Assembly: GCA_964583985.1 (NCBI GenBank)
Contig: CAZOYD010000052.1
Coordinates: 1 to 24,287 of the forward strand
Source of the DNA: an uncultured archaeon
GTDB taxonomy: Archaea > Asgardarchaeota > Lokiarchaeia > Sigyniarchaeales > SOKP01
Direction: 5' to 3'
DNA length: 24,287 bases
Shown here: positions 8,361 to 17,752 of the stretch, piece by piece
Position numbering within the stretch: position 1 is the stretch's first letter
How the letters are laid out: the number at the start of each line of letters is the position of its first letter
Position numbers and translations under genes: made by a program
The notes under the pieces: generated by a model
The model's input: only the letters and a program-made list of their open reading frames with translations
The model's database searches: none
Told to the model about the DNA's origin: nothing

Positions 8361-9158
8361 ATCTCGAAAGAAATTCCCGAAAAAGTAAAAGAAGCGCTTC
8401 GATCTATTGGACTCACGGACTATGAAATTGCCATATATCTCACATTAATTAGCAAAGGACCAATGGACGCGAGAGAATTATCTGATGCTTCAGGAGTTCC
8501 ATACTCGCGAATATATAACATTTTAACTCAACTCGAAAAAGATAAAATGTGGATTTTAAAAGAAGAATCATCACGCCCTTCCAAATATTTTTCAAAAAGT
8601 CCAGATGAAGCATTAGTAATCGCAAAAAAACAATATAATGAAAGTTTTGATGAACATTCAAACAATATAATCCATGAACTCACTCCAATATACGAATCAC
8701 ACGATACTCCCATTAAAGTTGCGCTATATATCCATCGCGGTCGAAATGCATGCATTAGTCGTGGACTCTCGCTTATTAACATAGCAAAAACCGCCATTTA
8801 TTTAGTCTGTCCCGAATATGAGTTCTTAGACATATTCTATGAGGATGCTAAAAAAGCCAGAGCTCGAGGTGTAATTGACATTAAGATTTTAATTGAGGAA
8901 AAATCGCTTGAGGACAAGAAATTCCTCGCAATACTCAAAAAGTATTCTGAAATAGCAATAATTCGATCCAGAGATCAAGTATTTGGAACATGCATAGTTA
9001 TGGATGAAGGAGAAGATGCATTTATTATTTTAACTCAAAAATTTTTCAAGGGGTTAAGTTATTTCGGCGCATTAACAGATCACGTAGCTTTTGGCCCCGC
9101 TGCTAATTATTACTTTGATTATTTGTACAGATCCGCAAAAGAAGTTGAATTAAAATAA
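8361..9158 (+). CDS. TrmB family transcriptional regulator (probable non-AUG start, ATC 8361)
   Basis: ALRSIGLTDYEIAIYLTLISKGPMDARELSDASGVPYSRIYNILTQLEK is the TrmB wHTH; its first half lies upstream of ATG 8463. AGGTGA RBS at 8349-8354. Confidence 0.85.
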   Translation: MSKEIPEKVKEALRSIGLTDYEIAIYLTLISKGPMDARELSDASGVPYSRIYNILTQLEKDKMWILKEESSRPSKYFSKSPDEALVIAKKQYNESFDEHSNNIIHELTPIYESHDTPIKVALYIHRGRNACISRGLSLINIAKTAIYLVCPEYEFLDIFYEDAKKARARGVIDIKILIEEKSLEDKKFLAILKKYSEIAIIRSRDQVFGTCIVMDEGEDAFIILTQKFFKGLSYFGALTDHVAFGPAANYYFDYLYRSAKEVELK

Positions 9159-9216
9159 ATTACCCATTCTATTTTTGATCTTCTTTAAAAAAAGTAATAG
9201 TAAAAAACAAGTTTCA

Positions 9217-9507
9217 TTACCAAGATATCGTTATTGCTTTTTCCGGACAAACTTCTATGCATTTAAAACATCTCGTACAAAGTGAGCCCCATATTGGAGT
9301 TATCCTCCAGTCTTGCGGATCGAATGGATCTTCCTGTTTCTTTTCTGTACCAAGGGTGGGATGCATGACAAACACTGCAGGATCACACGATCTCATGCAG
9401 AGGCTACAATCGCGCGGATCAACTTTACCTCTTTCCCCACAAATTGAATAATCAATTTCAATTTTCGTTCGTTTCTTCTTGCTTTTAGATTTACTCATCA
9501 TTATCAC
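9217..9507 (-). CDS. 4Fe-4S dicluster ferredoxin-like protein
   Basis: C-x10-CxxCxxxC and CTRCFKCIEVCP; abuts the stop codon of the upstream Fe-S gene. The true start is probably one of the nearby ATGs. Confidence 0.82.
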   Translation of the reverse strand: MIMMSKSKSKKKRTKIEIDYSICGERGKVDPRDCSLCMRSCDPAVFVMHPTLGTEKKQEDPFDPQDWRITPIWGSLCTRCFKCIEVCPEKAITISW

Positions 9508-10395
9508 CTAATATGTTCCATCAAATCCCGGGAATTCCTCCCTTGGTATTAATTTTAACGCATCATGCTTACATGCATGACGACATATTCCGCACCCAAA
9601 ACACTTGTCATAATCAATAATTACTCTATTCATTGAAGGAATGAAACGAATCGCATTCATCTGGCACATGGAAACGCATTGCTTGCACCCTTGGCAGTTG
9701 TCTTGATTTAACTGAATGATATACTCTGCTTTATACATGACGTGCAGATCAAAGTTATTCCTCAATGTAAATCCACCACATTCAGGGCTCTCACATGAAC
9801 AGATAGCATTTATATATGGAACTGGTTGAAACCAAACCGATGAAATATATCCCTTCTTGTTAAACTCCTCTAATTTTTCCATCGCGGTTTCTCTATCAAT
9901 TGTATAAGTTCTGTCTTTAGGAATGAATCGGGGAAGTTTTTCTATCACCTCAGATAAAACACCAAAATTAATACAGACTGCTTCTTTTTCCTTCCTTTGC
10001 ATCCATCTACACATGCAATAATTACAGATTATTGGTTCGGCGGCAAGCTCGGACATGATAAGTTGAGCATCTTCTAAAGGAATTACTTGTCCAAAATGCC
10101 CATCTGCATTTTTCGCATTTCGATTTGGTTTTTCGCTATGGATCATTTTCTCTGCTTGTGATCGCAAAATTCGACCAATTATAGGCATCTTTAACTTATA
10201 TCCCAAATCTTTGGAAGAGAAACCCGCGATTTTGCGAATATAGATCTGTTCAAAATTCATCCATTGTTCTGTTAGATACTCTGTCATCTCCGCTTCTGAG
10301 GAAATTTGATCGGCATGATAATTGCGAGAATTTAGATACCATTTCTTGCCAGCACCATGTTTTAAACACCATTGACACATAAAAATTATCTCCAA
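9508..10395 (-). CDS. 4Fe-4S binding protein (C-terminal 2x[4Fe-4S] plus extra Cys clusters)
   Basis: CQGCKQCVSMCQ and CFGCGICRHACK; additional CQWC..HG, CNYCMC and ICSCESPEC. Confidence 0.85.
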   Translation of the reverse strand: MEIIFMCQWCLKHGAGKKWYLNSRNYHADQISSEAEMTEYLTEQWMNFEQIYIRKIAGFSSKDLGYKLKMPIIGRILRSQAEKMIHSEKPNRNAKNADGHFGQVIPLEDAQLIMSELAAEPIICNYCMCRWMQRKEKEAVCINFGVLSEVIEKLPRFIPKDRTYTIDRETAMEKLEEFNKKGYISSVWFQPVPYINAICSCESPECGGFTLRNNFDLHVMYKAEYIIQLNQDNCQGCKQCVSMCQMNAIRFIPSMNRVIIDYDKCFGCGICRHACKHDALKLIPREEFPGFDGTY

Positions 10396-10507
10396 ATATT
10401 GATATATAGATTCTATGTTTTGAAAGTTAATAAACCTTAGACTTTATATTGGTTTGAACATCAATTATATTTAAATTAATTTTATGCAGTTCACCTAAAA
10501 AAATCTC

Positions 10508-11107
10508 ATGTCGCAAAAAATCATCGAGATTGAAGTTCAAAGCCATTTAATAACGATTTCGGGAGCGATTTCTCTAAAATTGTTAGTATCGGATGAATTT
10601 GAATATATTGGTTGTCAAGAGATCATAATTTATGGCACGAGTAAAGTGTACCATTATGTCTTTGCTAAATCCACTAAAAATGACCAAGATAAACGAATTA
10701 TCTCGAAACTATTCTTTCTCCAATATGAATACTACCTTCCGGAATTTATACATTCTTATAATTATAAATCGACGGATATTGTCGAGTTTGGTGGGATTTT
10801 ATGGCAAAGAGACAATTTCATCGATCCAGCAACTTATGATGACTGGGATCCTCAATCAGATTTTTATCAATTACTTACTTTTTTAGAGAAAAAGAATCTT
10901 AAACATCCAGATATGGCTTGGAATAATCGTTTTGCAACGATGCTCAATAAAGAAAAAAGCCAAGAACTTCTAATTTTGTATATTGAAGGTATACCAAAGG
11001 AGAAGCTAGAAACGCTTTTTGTAAATGATAAACTAGTAGATGATGAATGGGAAAAAGAAAAGATCGGTATAAAAGAAAGAAGTCTTGCTGCTTTTTCAAT
11101 TCCCTGA
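10508..11107 (+). CDS. hypothetical protein
   Basis: 199-aa ATG-started ORF; no recognised motif. Confidence 0.65.
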   Translation: MSQKIIEIEVQSHLITISGAISLKLLVSDEFEYIGCQEIIIYGTSKVYHYVFAKSTKNDQDKRIISKLFFLQYEYYLPEFIHSYNYKSTDIVEFGGILWQRDNFIDPATYDDWDPQSDFYQLLTFLEKKNLKHPDMAWNNRFATMLNKEKSQELLILYIEGIPKEKLETLFVNDKLVDDEWEKEKIGIKERSLAAFSIP

Positions 11108-11235
11108 TTCTCATCCAATTATTACGTTAAATCTCATTTTTTGTAAATTTAATTTCTATGTTTAGCAAATATTACAAATTAGTTTTCTAACTAAGAAATT
11201 ATTGTTTATAGTTTCATTGATCTTAATTAAGAGAT

Positions 11236-12885
11236 TTATTTTTCTAATCTCTTTTTTTCTAATTGAACTAACTCTCTACGTAAAATTTTACCAGATCCTG
11301 ATTTTGGGATTGAATTGACAAATTCAACTTCCCGTATCTTTTTATAGGCTGAAATCCGTTCAGCTACCCACTGGATGATATCCTGTTCGTTCACTTTTCC
11401 TTTGGATTCCTCATTTAAAATGATAAAAGCCTTTGGTATCTGTCCGATATCGAGTTCTTTTGATGGCTTGCCTATCACTGCTGCATCAAATACAGCGGGA
11501 TTTTTAAACAGTAAATCTTCGAGTTCAGCGGGAGCAATGCTCCATCCCTTATATTTAATCATTTCCTTGATGCGGTCTGCAAGATGTTCATATTCATCTT
11601 CGTCTATATGAGCCATATCACCGGTTCTCAGCCATTTCTCACCCGTTGTAGGATCAATCCAGAAGGCAGCTTCGGTAGCTTCGGGTTTATTCCAATATCC
11701 CTTCATGACTTGAGGTCCTTTAATGACTAGTTCACCAACCTGACCGCGTTCTGGTAATTCCATGCCCGTTTCCACATCAATGATTTTATGATAGGTGTCG
11801 GGAACGAGAGTTCCTTGCGATTCCATTTTGGGACGATACATGGGATTGACAGCAACCACGGGAGAAGCTTCAGTTAAGCCCCATCCGTGTTGTACTGTTA
11901 CTTCTCTTGCGTTGCATTTTTCTTTCGCGAGCTTGTCAAATCTTTCGAGGAGTTCAAGAGGAATGGGTGCTGCACCATTATTAAAGATTTTAAGATCACT
12001 CCAATCATATCCCTTGTTATTTGGGTCTTCGAGGTGACGAACAACTGCTAAAAATATGGGAGGAACGCATAAGCTATATGATACTTGATATCGTTCAATG
12101 AGCTGGCAAAATTCTTTTACTTCAAATCTAGGCATCACTACTTGTGCTGCTCCTAACCAAATTGACTGGTTCATGCCAACATTCAATCCATAAATATGAT
12201 ATAGTGGTAATACAATTATGGCAATATCAAGCTCACTTAACTCGAATAGCTGTGAGATCTGTACCACGTTTGAAACAATGTTATAGTGGGTGAGCATGGT
12301 ACCTTTTGGGAGACCAGTAGTTCCACTGGTATATACCAATGCCGCAAGATCTTCTTTCACATCATAAATATATTTTGGAGGGTTTGAAATTGTGGAATCC
12401 ATTAGTTTCACCCACCCTAAAGTTCCTTCGGGTAAATTTTTTCCACTTTCTCTTGATTCAATAATTATAACATGTTTAAGATTCGTTTGCTCTTTTATGG
12501 TTTTTACATTGGAATAAAGGAAGTCAGAAACGACTATGGTTTCAGCACCCGAATCATTCAATTCATATTTTACTTCAGTTTCTTTAAATTGTGGATTCAT
12601 CGGAACCAAGATTGCTCCTGCTTTCTCCAAGCCATAAAATGAAATCTCCCATTCAATTGAATTAGGTGCGAATAAAGCTACCCGGTCTCCCTTTTTCACG
12701 CCTAAATTTTTCAATATGGTTGCAAAAATATCTACTTTTTCTTTAAATTCTCGAAAAGTCATTTTAATGGGAAATAAAAACGCGTATCTTTCAGGAAACC
12801 TTTCTGCGGTGTCTTCTAAAATAGTACTTACAGAAATTTTAGGATAATAGAGGTGACCTCTTTTAAATTTTACCAATTTTTTCAC
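11236..12885 (-). CDS. long-chain fatty acid/acyl-CoA ligase (ANL/AMP-binding family)
   Basis: YTSGTTGLPKG, PLYHIYG, GWGLTEASP, GELVIKGPQVMKGYW, WLRTGD, DRIKEMIKYKG, IPKSGSGKILRR. The GTG at 12885 lies inside the AGGTGA RBS, so the real start is probably TTG at 12876. Confidence 0.93.
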   Translation of the reverse strand: MKKLVKFKRGHLYYPKISVSTILEDTAERFPERYAFLFPIKMTFREFKEKVDIFATILKNLGVKKGDRVALFAPNSIEWEISFYGLEKAGAILVPMNPQFKETEVKYELNDSGAETIVVSDFLYSNVKTIKEQTNLKHVIIIESRESGKNLPEGTLGWVKLMDSTISNPPKYIYDVKEDLAALVYTSGTTGLPKGTMLTHYNIVSNVVQISQLFELSELDIAIIVLPLYHIYGLNVGMNQSIWLGAAQVVMPRFEVKEFCQLIERYQVSYSLCVPPIFLAVVRHLEDPNNKGYDWSDLKIFNNGAAPIPLELLERFDKLAKEKCNAREVTVQHGWGLTEASPVVAVNPMYRPKMESQGTLVPDTYHKIIDVETGMELPERGQVGELVIKGPQVMKGYWNKPEATEAAFWIDPTTGEKWLRTGDMAHIDEDEYEHLADRIKEMIKYKGWSIAPAELEDLLFKNPAVFDAAVIGKPSKELDIGQIPKAFIILNEESKGKVNEQDIIQWVAERISAYKKIREVEFVNSIPKSGSGKILRRELVQLEKKRLEK

Positions 12886-13003
12886 CTAAATTAAGTAGTG
12901 ACAAATCTAATACGTCTCTAAATTATTTATAATTTTCTTTAGATTATTACGAAATATGCCCTAAACATCTCAATTAATTTTTAATATTGCTTTGCGGACT
13001 TCT

Positions 13004-13921
13004 CTAAATTTTTATCGTTCTTAAATGTTCCATCATTCCCGTTCCAATTTCTCCCGTTTTCAAATCCTCCATGATTACCATTTGTTCAAATAATTCGGTG
13101 AAACCCCCTGGGAAATCACGAACAAATCGAATATAGGAGGTTTTAAACATTCTGCTTGATTTGATCTTGTATGAATGCCCCTTATTATCCTCAAACTCAT
13201 AAGTGGCTGATATCGGGCTTTTAAATTGATCCCTATCGTTTAGAGTTTCGATTTCTAAGGAGGATAATAAGGTATTACCCTTTTCCCTTGCAATATGTCC
13301 CGATAAATCGATATTCTCCTTGGAATAATCTTTCCTAAATGCGCACGACCAATCTTTAAACTGAAAATGACCTGCATACCACTTATCAAACTCATGCCAA
13401 TCCCGAAACCCCCAACTTTTATCACGTTGCCCGTACCCGCTTACTTGGATGATCTCTCCATCACTATTAGCTAACTTCCCCGTGATAATGCCTGAGGATT
13501 CAAAATGCTGGTGCCAAGATTTAGAAGAGTTCAACCCAAAATTATGAGTTGGAAATCTCGTTTCAAATGCTAGTTCAAGTTGCATTTTCCGCGACTGGTA
13601 GGATATACTCCATTTTTTAAATGGCTTGATGAGATGGTACGAGAGTCTTTTATCCTGCAACATGATATTTATATCTTGATTGTATTCTCTCAAAGGGGGT
13701 TCTTTGTAATAAATCTCATTTCGATCTTTTAAGAAAAGTAAAAATACGAATTCTCTTCTCTTTTCATTTGGAAGAATCCCAATCGTAGAAAACCCCGAAA
13801 TTTTATTATCTAAGTCGCTCCAATTAAAATAATATGATTCTCGCCATTTTATTTGATTGGTGGGCTGATGTAATAATTCATCTTTCTCATTTAATCCAGA
13901 GGGTAAGTAATTATTGTTCAT
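13004..13921 (-). CDS. hypothetical beta-rich protein (CrtC/tocopherol-cyclase/lipocalin-like double barrel)
   Basis: WRESYYFNW, HFESSG..TG, G.GQRDKSWG.RDW and terminal GTGMMEH motifs are typical of this superfamily. Confidence 0.5.
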   Translation of the reverse strand: MNNNYLPSGLNEKDELLHQPTNQIKWRESYYFNWSDLDNKISGFSTIGILPNEKRREFVFLLFLKDRNEIYYKEPPLREYNQDINIMLQDKRLSYHLIKPFKKWSISYQSRKMQLELAFETRFPTHNFGLNSSKSWHQHFESSGIITGKLANSDGEIIQVSGYGQRDKSWGFRDWHEFDKWYAGHFQFKDWSCAFRKDYSKENIDLSGHIAREKGNTLLSSLEIETLNDRDQFKSPISATYEFEDNKGHSYKIKSSRMFKTSYIRFVRDFPGGFTELFEQMVIMEDLKTGEIGTGMMEHLRTIKI

Positions 13922-13924
13922 GCA

Positions 13925-15088
13925 TCATTCCTCTGGAAACAAATATAAGGATGGACCTTCTCTCTTCTTTTTCCCTTTACTTCTCATTAAACGAGGAATA
14001 CCGGGGTCAAAATCGGATTCCATGAATTCTGGAATATAGGTATTCATTGTTTTTTCAGTCAGATCCCAATTGAAATTGTGTGTAATGCCAACTTGATTAG
14101 TATAACGTGAATAGCCATAGCAGTATGCGTAAGCTCCAGCAATAAGTCGTTGCTTGCGGTCCCATTTTGAAAATTTTAAAAAGAGCTCCTTGTTTGCTTT
14201 TGTGGCGTAATCATTAAAACCTTCTAATACTTCAAAATCTAATGGTTTCACATTGTTGTTATCACGGGTGAAGATTGCAGCTCCAGTAATATGATCTGTA
14301 AAATCTTCGGGAACCGTTTCCATTGTAGCGAAATCATCGAATTCGACATTAATATCTTTTAAACGATATGCAAATGCAATATTATTGAAAGGAGCAGTCG
14401 CTTTAGTTTCAGACCATGGAAAATGGGGTTCTTTTCCATCGAATAGATGAGATATTTCACGAAATATTAAAATTTCATTATCATTAATGGGATATGGGCC
14501 GTGATCGCATAACTTTGCTCGCGCTTCACACTCATCAAGGAAAGAAACAATTTCAAGATTTGCCATGGTTCGTTTCATGAATCCAGCACTTTCCTTATTT
14601 ATGTCCACTAAATGATCAATAGTCCAATCAACATCTTTTTGATTAATCGCAATATTTTTCTTATCTGAATCAAAAACCGATAAATTGCCTTGAAAATAAG
14701 ATTCTGCCAATCTTTTCCAAAAATCTAAGACAAATAATGTCTCTTCACGTTTTTTTAAAGACTCACTTCCAGGATCTCCCTTATTTCTGTGAATTTCTCC
14801 CATTCTTCCTACCATGTAATATAATGGAATGTAAAAGATACTTAAAGCTTGAATTTCAGACAAAATTTTTCTGCTTTCAAAGCCTAATTGTTCAGGAGTC
14901 ATCTTTTCTGATACTTTTTTCAAGATATCATACAAAATATCATACGCATTATAGAAAGAAACGCATATGTAAGCAGTCACTGGAAATAACTGGGTTTCTA
15001 ACAGACCTCTCTTCGACACTTGATAATCTACTAATTCTGATGCATGAGCTATCAGTTTATTTGCTTCTTGCACGTTCATTTTAATCAA
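13925..15088 (-). CDS. conserved hypothetical protein, candidate substrate-binding partner of the split dikinase
   Basis: 387-aa ORF, 3 bp from the next gene; enzyme-like conserved-looking segment FLDECEARAKLCDHGPY. Confidence 0.7.
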   Translation of the reverse strand: MIKMNVQEANKLIAHASELVDYQVSKRGLLETQLFPVTAYICVSFYNAYDILYDILKKVSEKMTPEQLGFESRKILSEIQALSIFYIPLYYMVGRMGEIHRNKGDPGSESLKKREETLFVLDFWKRLAESYFQGNLSVFDSDKKNIAINQKDVDWTIDHLVDINKESAGFMKRTMANLEIVSFLDECEARAKLCDHGPYPINDNEILIFREISHLFDGKEPHFPWSETKATAPFNNIAFAYRLKDINVEFDDFATMETVPEDFTDHITGAAIFTRDNNNVKPLDFEVLEGFNDYATKANKELFLKFSKWDRKQRLIAGAYAYCYGYSRYTNQVGITHNFNWDLTEKTMNTYIPEFMESDFDPGIPRLMRSKGKKKREGPSLYLFPEE

Positions 15089-15234
15089 TCGTAAAATTTT
15101 ACTAAAAATTATTCTATAATACTACTATTGTTAATTAAATATTTGAAGCTATAATTCGATAAAAATTTTAAATCTTAGACAAAAATACAACATACGAGTA
15201 TTGAGTAATTGAATTATTAACAGGTGGATGTATT

Positions 15235-15594
15235 ATGAAATTGATAGGGGAAGGATTATCTTGTTCTTCAAAAAAGGATGCAATAGGAGAACTAGTCCAC
15301 GTAAAAACTATTGAAGATGTGATCGAATTATTTGATTCAGCTCAAGGAAAAATATGCCTAGTTGATGATGCTGGTATTACTACTCTTGGACCAATATTAT
15401 CAGAGCTTTCAGGTACGATTTGCACCACAGGAGGCGCGGGATCCCATCTAGCTATAATATCAAGAGAATTTGGAATTCCATGTATTATGGCAACAAGACT
15501 ACATGTCACCGATGCCTCAATTCTCATAGGAAAACAAGTTCAAATAAAATATGATGGAGAAAATAAGGGACTTATTTATGTTTTAGATGATTAA
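15235..15594 (+). CDS. stand-alone PEP-utilising enzyme mobile (phospho-His swivel) domain
   Basis: TTGGAGSHLAIISREFGIPCIM is the PEP-utiliser phosphorylation-site signature; AGGTGG RBS. Confidence 0.88.
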   Translation: MKLIGEGLSCSSKKDAIGELVHVKTIEDVIELFDSAQGKICLVDDAGITTLGPILSELSGTICTTGGAGSHLAIISREFGIPCIMATRLHVTDASILIGKQVQIKYDGENKGLIYVLDD

Positions 15595-15614
15595 AACCTT
15601 TAGATGGGAGAAAA

Positions 15615-16598
15615 TTGAATCACGATAATTATTTTTCATTTTTAGAAGAAAAAAAACTCAATACGAACCTTTTGGGGAGTAAAGGTAAGAATCTATTTAA
15701 GCTTCATGATAACGGGATTAATATTCCTCATTGTTTCGTATTAAATTCACATGCTTACACCGAAGCAATCACAAAATTGGAAATTCCTAAAAAACTAAGA
15801 TTATTCTTTTCTAGATCTAATCCCCCTACACGGGTAATAAATTTTTCAAATAATATCACGACAGAAATCCTTAATTATGAATTCCCAAAAAGACTCATAC
15901 TTGAATTACAACAAGCCGTTACAAGATTTAATGATGATATGGGTGGAGAGATCTCTTTTGCAATACGCTCTTCAGCAAATATCGAAGATCAATTAAAATT
16001 TTCCTTTGCGGGACAAGCAGAGAGTTTCCTATTTAATAGTTCTTTAATCGAAATAATTCACTCCATAAAAAGCTGTTGGGCATCTCTTTTTTCACCTCTA
16101 AGCTTGTTATACATATTGAAATGTAATCAGCGTGGAATTGAATTACCTACCATAGAGATGGCAGTGATAATACAGGAGATGATTGATTCTGATATAGCAG
16201 GCGTACTATTCACGATAAATGTATTAAATAATAACGTTAATCAAATGTTAATAAATAGTAGTTGGGGTTTATGCGAAACAGTTACTAATAACTCCGTAAT
16301 ACCCGATTTAATTATTCTGGATAAAAATGAATTCATTGTAATAGACAGCAAAGTTGGAGATAAAGAAATTAGACGTGTAAAGAACCCTAATGGGCCATCA
16401 ACAATTATTGTTAAGAACGAGCCTGAGATAAAAAAATTCCTTTGTTTAAAACATGAACACTTGTTAAAGATTCATGATTTAGGTTTAAATATCGAAAAGA
16501 TATTCGGGTATCCTCAAGATATTGAATGGGCATTTAAAAACGACGTTTTATATACTTTACAATCACGCCCAATAACAAACTTCTCCTTGGACGAATAA
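15615..16598 (+). CDS. stand-alone PEP synthase/PPDK N-terminal ATP-grasp domain protein
   Basis: LGSKGKNL, AIRSSANIED..SFAGQ, CWASLFS, MAVIIQEMI, AGVLFT, SSWGLCE, PQDIEWA, LQSRPIT; the protein ends right after this domain. Confidence 0.9.
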   Translation: MNHDNYFSFLEEKKLNTNLLGSKGKNLFKLHDNGINIPHCFVLNSHAYTEAITKLEIPKKLRLFFSRSNPPTRVINFSNNITTEILNYEFPKRLILELQQAVTRFNDDMGGEISFAIRSSANIEDQLKFSFAGQAESFLFNSSLIEIIHSIKSCWASLFSPLSLLYILKCNQRGIELPTIEMAVIIQEMIDSDIAGVLFTINVLNNNVNQMLINSSWGLCETVTNNSVIPDLIILDKNEFIVIDSKVGDKEIRRVKNPNGPSTIIVKNEPEIKKFLCLKHEHLLKIHDLGLNIEKIFGYPQDIEWAFKNDVLYTLQSRPITNFSLDE

Positions 16599-16628
16599 AA
16601 AGAGAGAATAGAAATAGTTAAAATTAGT

Positions 16629-17075
16629 TTATTTTAAGAATGCCCGCTTGCCTAAGAATATAAAAAGTTCACCTAACTCAAATGTAGTAAGAGGGAATAT
16701 CAATTTTGCCATATCTTCTCGGAGTTGCGCTTTATCTGCTCCAGAGACAATTAATTTCTTTATATCCTCGACATAATCATCCATATTGAGAAATAATATT
16801 TCAATCTTAGCAGTACCCGTTAATTCCTCAATATCTTTGTCTAAATGTAATTCCACTTGATTTAATAATTCTAATTTAAGTTTGGGATTTAATTCATATT
16901 TAGAAATGAGCCTATTCATCTCTTCTAAGATGATATTTAAGCTCAAGTTCCAATCAGCATTCTCTTTATATCTTGGAATGAGAATTTCACTTATGATGAT
17001 CTCAAGAAGTGTTATTGGGGCTTTCTCGTCAAATTCAACTTCTAAATCATTGCTTAATTTGAGTGTTTGAACCAA
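16629..17075 (-). CDS. hypothetical helical protein
   Basis: 148-aa acidic/Leu-rich ORF with TTG start; convergent with the ATP-grasp gene. Confidence 0.65.
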   Translation of the reverse strand: MVQTLKLSNDLEVEFDEKAPITLLEIIISEILIPRYKENADWNLSLNIILEEMNRLISKYELNPKLKLELLNQVELHLDKDIEELTGTAKIEILFLNMDDYVEDIKKLIVSGADKAQLREDMAKLIFPLTTFELGELFIFLGKRAFLK

Positions 17076-17372
17076 CTAATATTTCAACTCTAAATAATTA
17101 TTTTTTATTCTTATAGAGATAATAGACTATTTTTTTTTTATATTTTTGGAGAATTTAGAGAAAAATTTGATTTATCATCTTTATTCACATTCCATTCAAA
17201 AGAACATTCCAAAGATCTCCATGTAAAAAATTATTGATTAAGATAAAGTAATCTAATCTTAGTACATTATTTTAACGAATTTTGTCAAATAGTTTTATAA
17301 AAGAAAGGAGTTAATCGGATACCAAGATAAATTTAAAATTTTAAAAGAGGAGATTGTATTTATCTAATAACA

Positions 17373-17440
17373 GGGTTAAGGGTTTGCCCCGATTGGTCGA
17401 AGCGACTCGTCGCTGAGGTATTGGCCGATTCATCGGCTTT
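17373..17440 (+). ncRNA. candidate structured RNA (GC-rich tandem hairpins in an AT-rich intergenic region)
   Basis: GGG-TTTG-CCC, CGA-TTGG-TCG, AGCGA-CTCG-TCGCT, GCCGA-TTCA-TCGGC; no known family recognised; strand uncertain. Confidence 0.35.
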
Positions 17441-17607
17441 AGGTATAAGAATATATATTGATTTATCATGGTTTCCGATCATTATAGTAACTTTGAATGG
17501 CTATCTATTTAAAATTATCTTTTTCACGGGACGAAAGGGAAAATCTAATTAGTGAGAGGAGGGGTCTATTTTCTAAAAATTTAACTATTTTTTACAGTTT
17601 TCATGAA

Positions 17608-17752
17608 TTTTAGCCATAGAAATCAATAAATCTAACAAAATTTTAGCATTTTTTTATATTTACTAAAGTTTAACCGAAAAAAAAACCTAATTATCATTTT
17701 TTAGCCATTTTACTCTTTAGAAATTTTATGTCTTTCTTTACATTTTTAGCAT
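17608..17752. repeat. four dispersed TTTTAGC(C)AT direct repeats
   Basis: Copies at about 17608, 17641, 17699 and 17744, alternating TTTTAGCCAT and TTTTAGCAT. Confidence 0.4.

Noticed and set aside
11105-11107. TGA stops of other genes (10508..11107, 13925..15088, 22570..23013) as Sec codons
   Set aside because: No Cys/redox context, no downstream SECIS-like AUGA-stem-GA noticed, and no plausible read-through extension
15235-16598. Frameshifted ppsA pseudogene
   Set aside because: The domain order (His domain before ATP-grasp) is the reverse of PpsA, both ORFs have their own RBS and intact motifs, and there is no remnant of the C-terminal barrel
17373-17440. Known riboswitch or ribozyme (c-di-GMP-I GGCAAACC, fluoride, hammerhead)
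   Set aside because: Only fragmentary motif matches; the required conserved cores are absent
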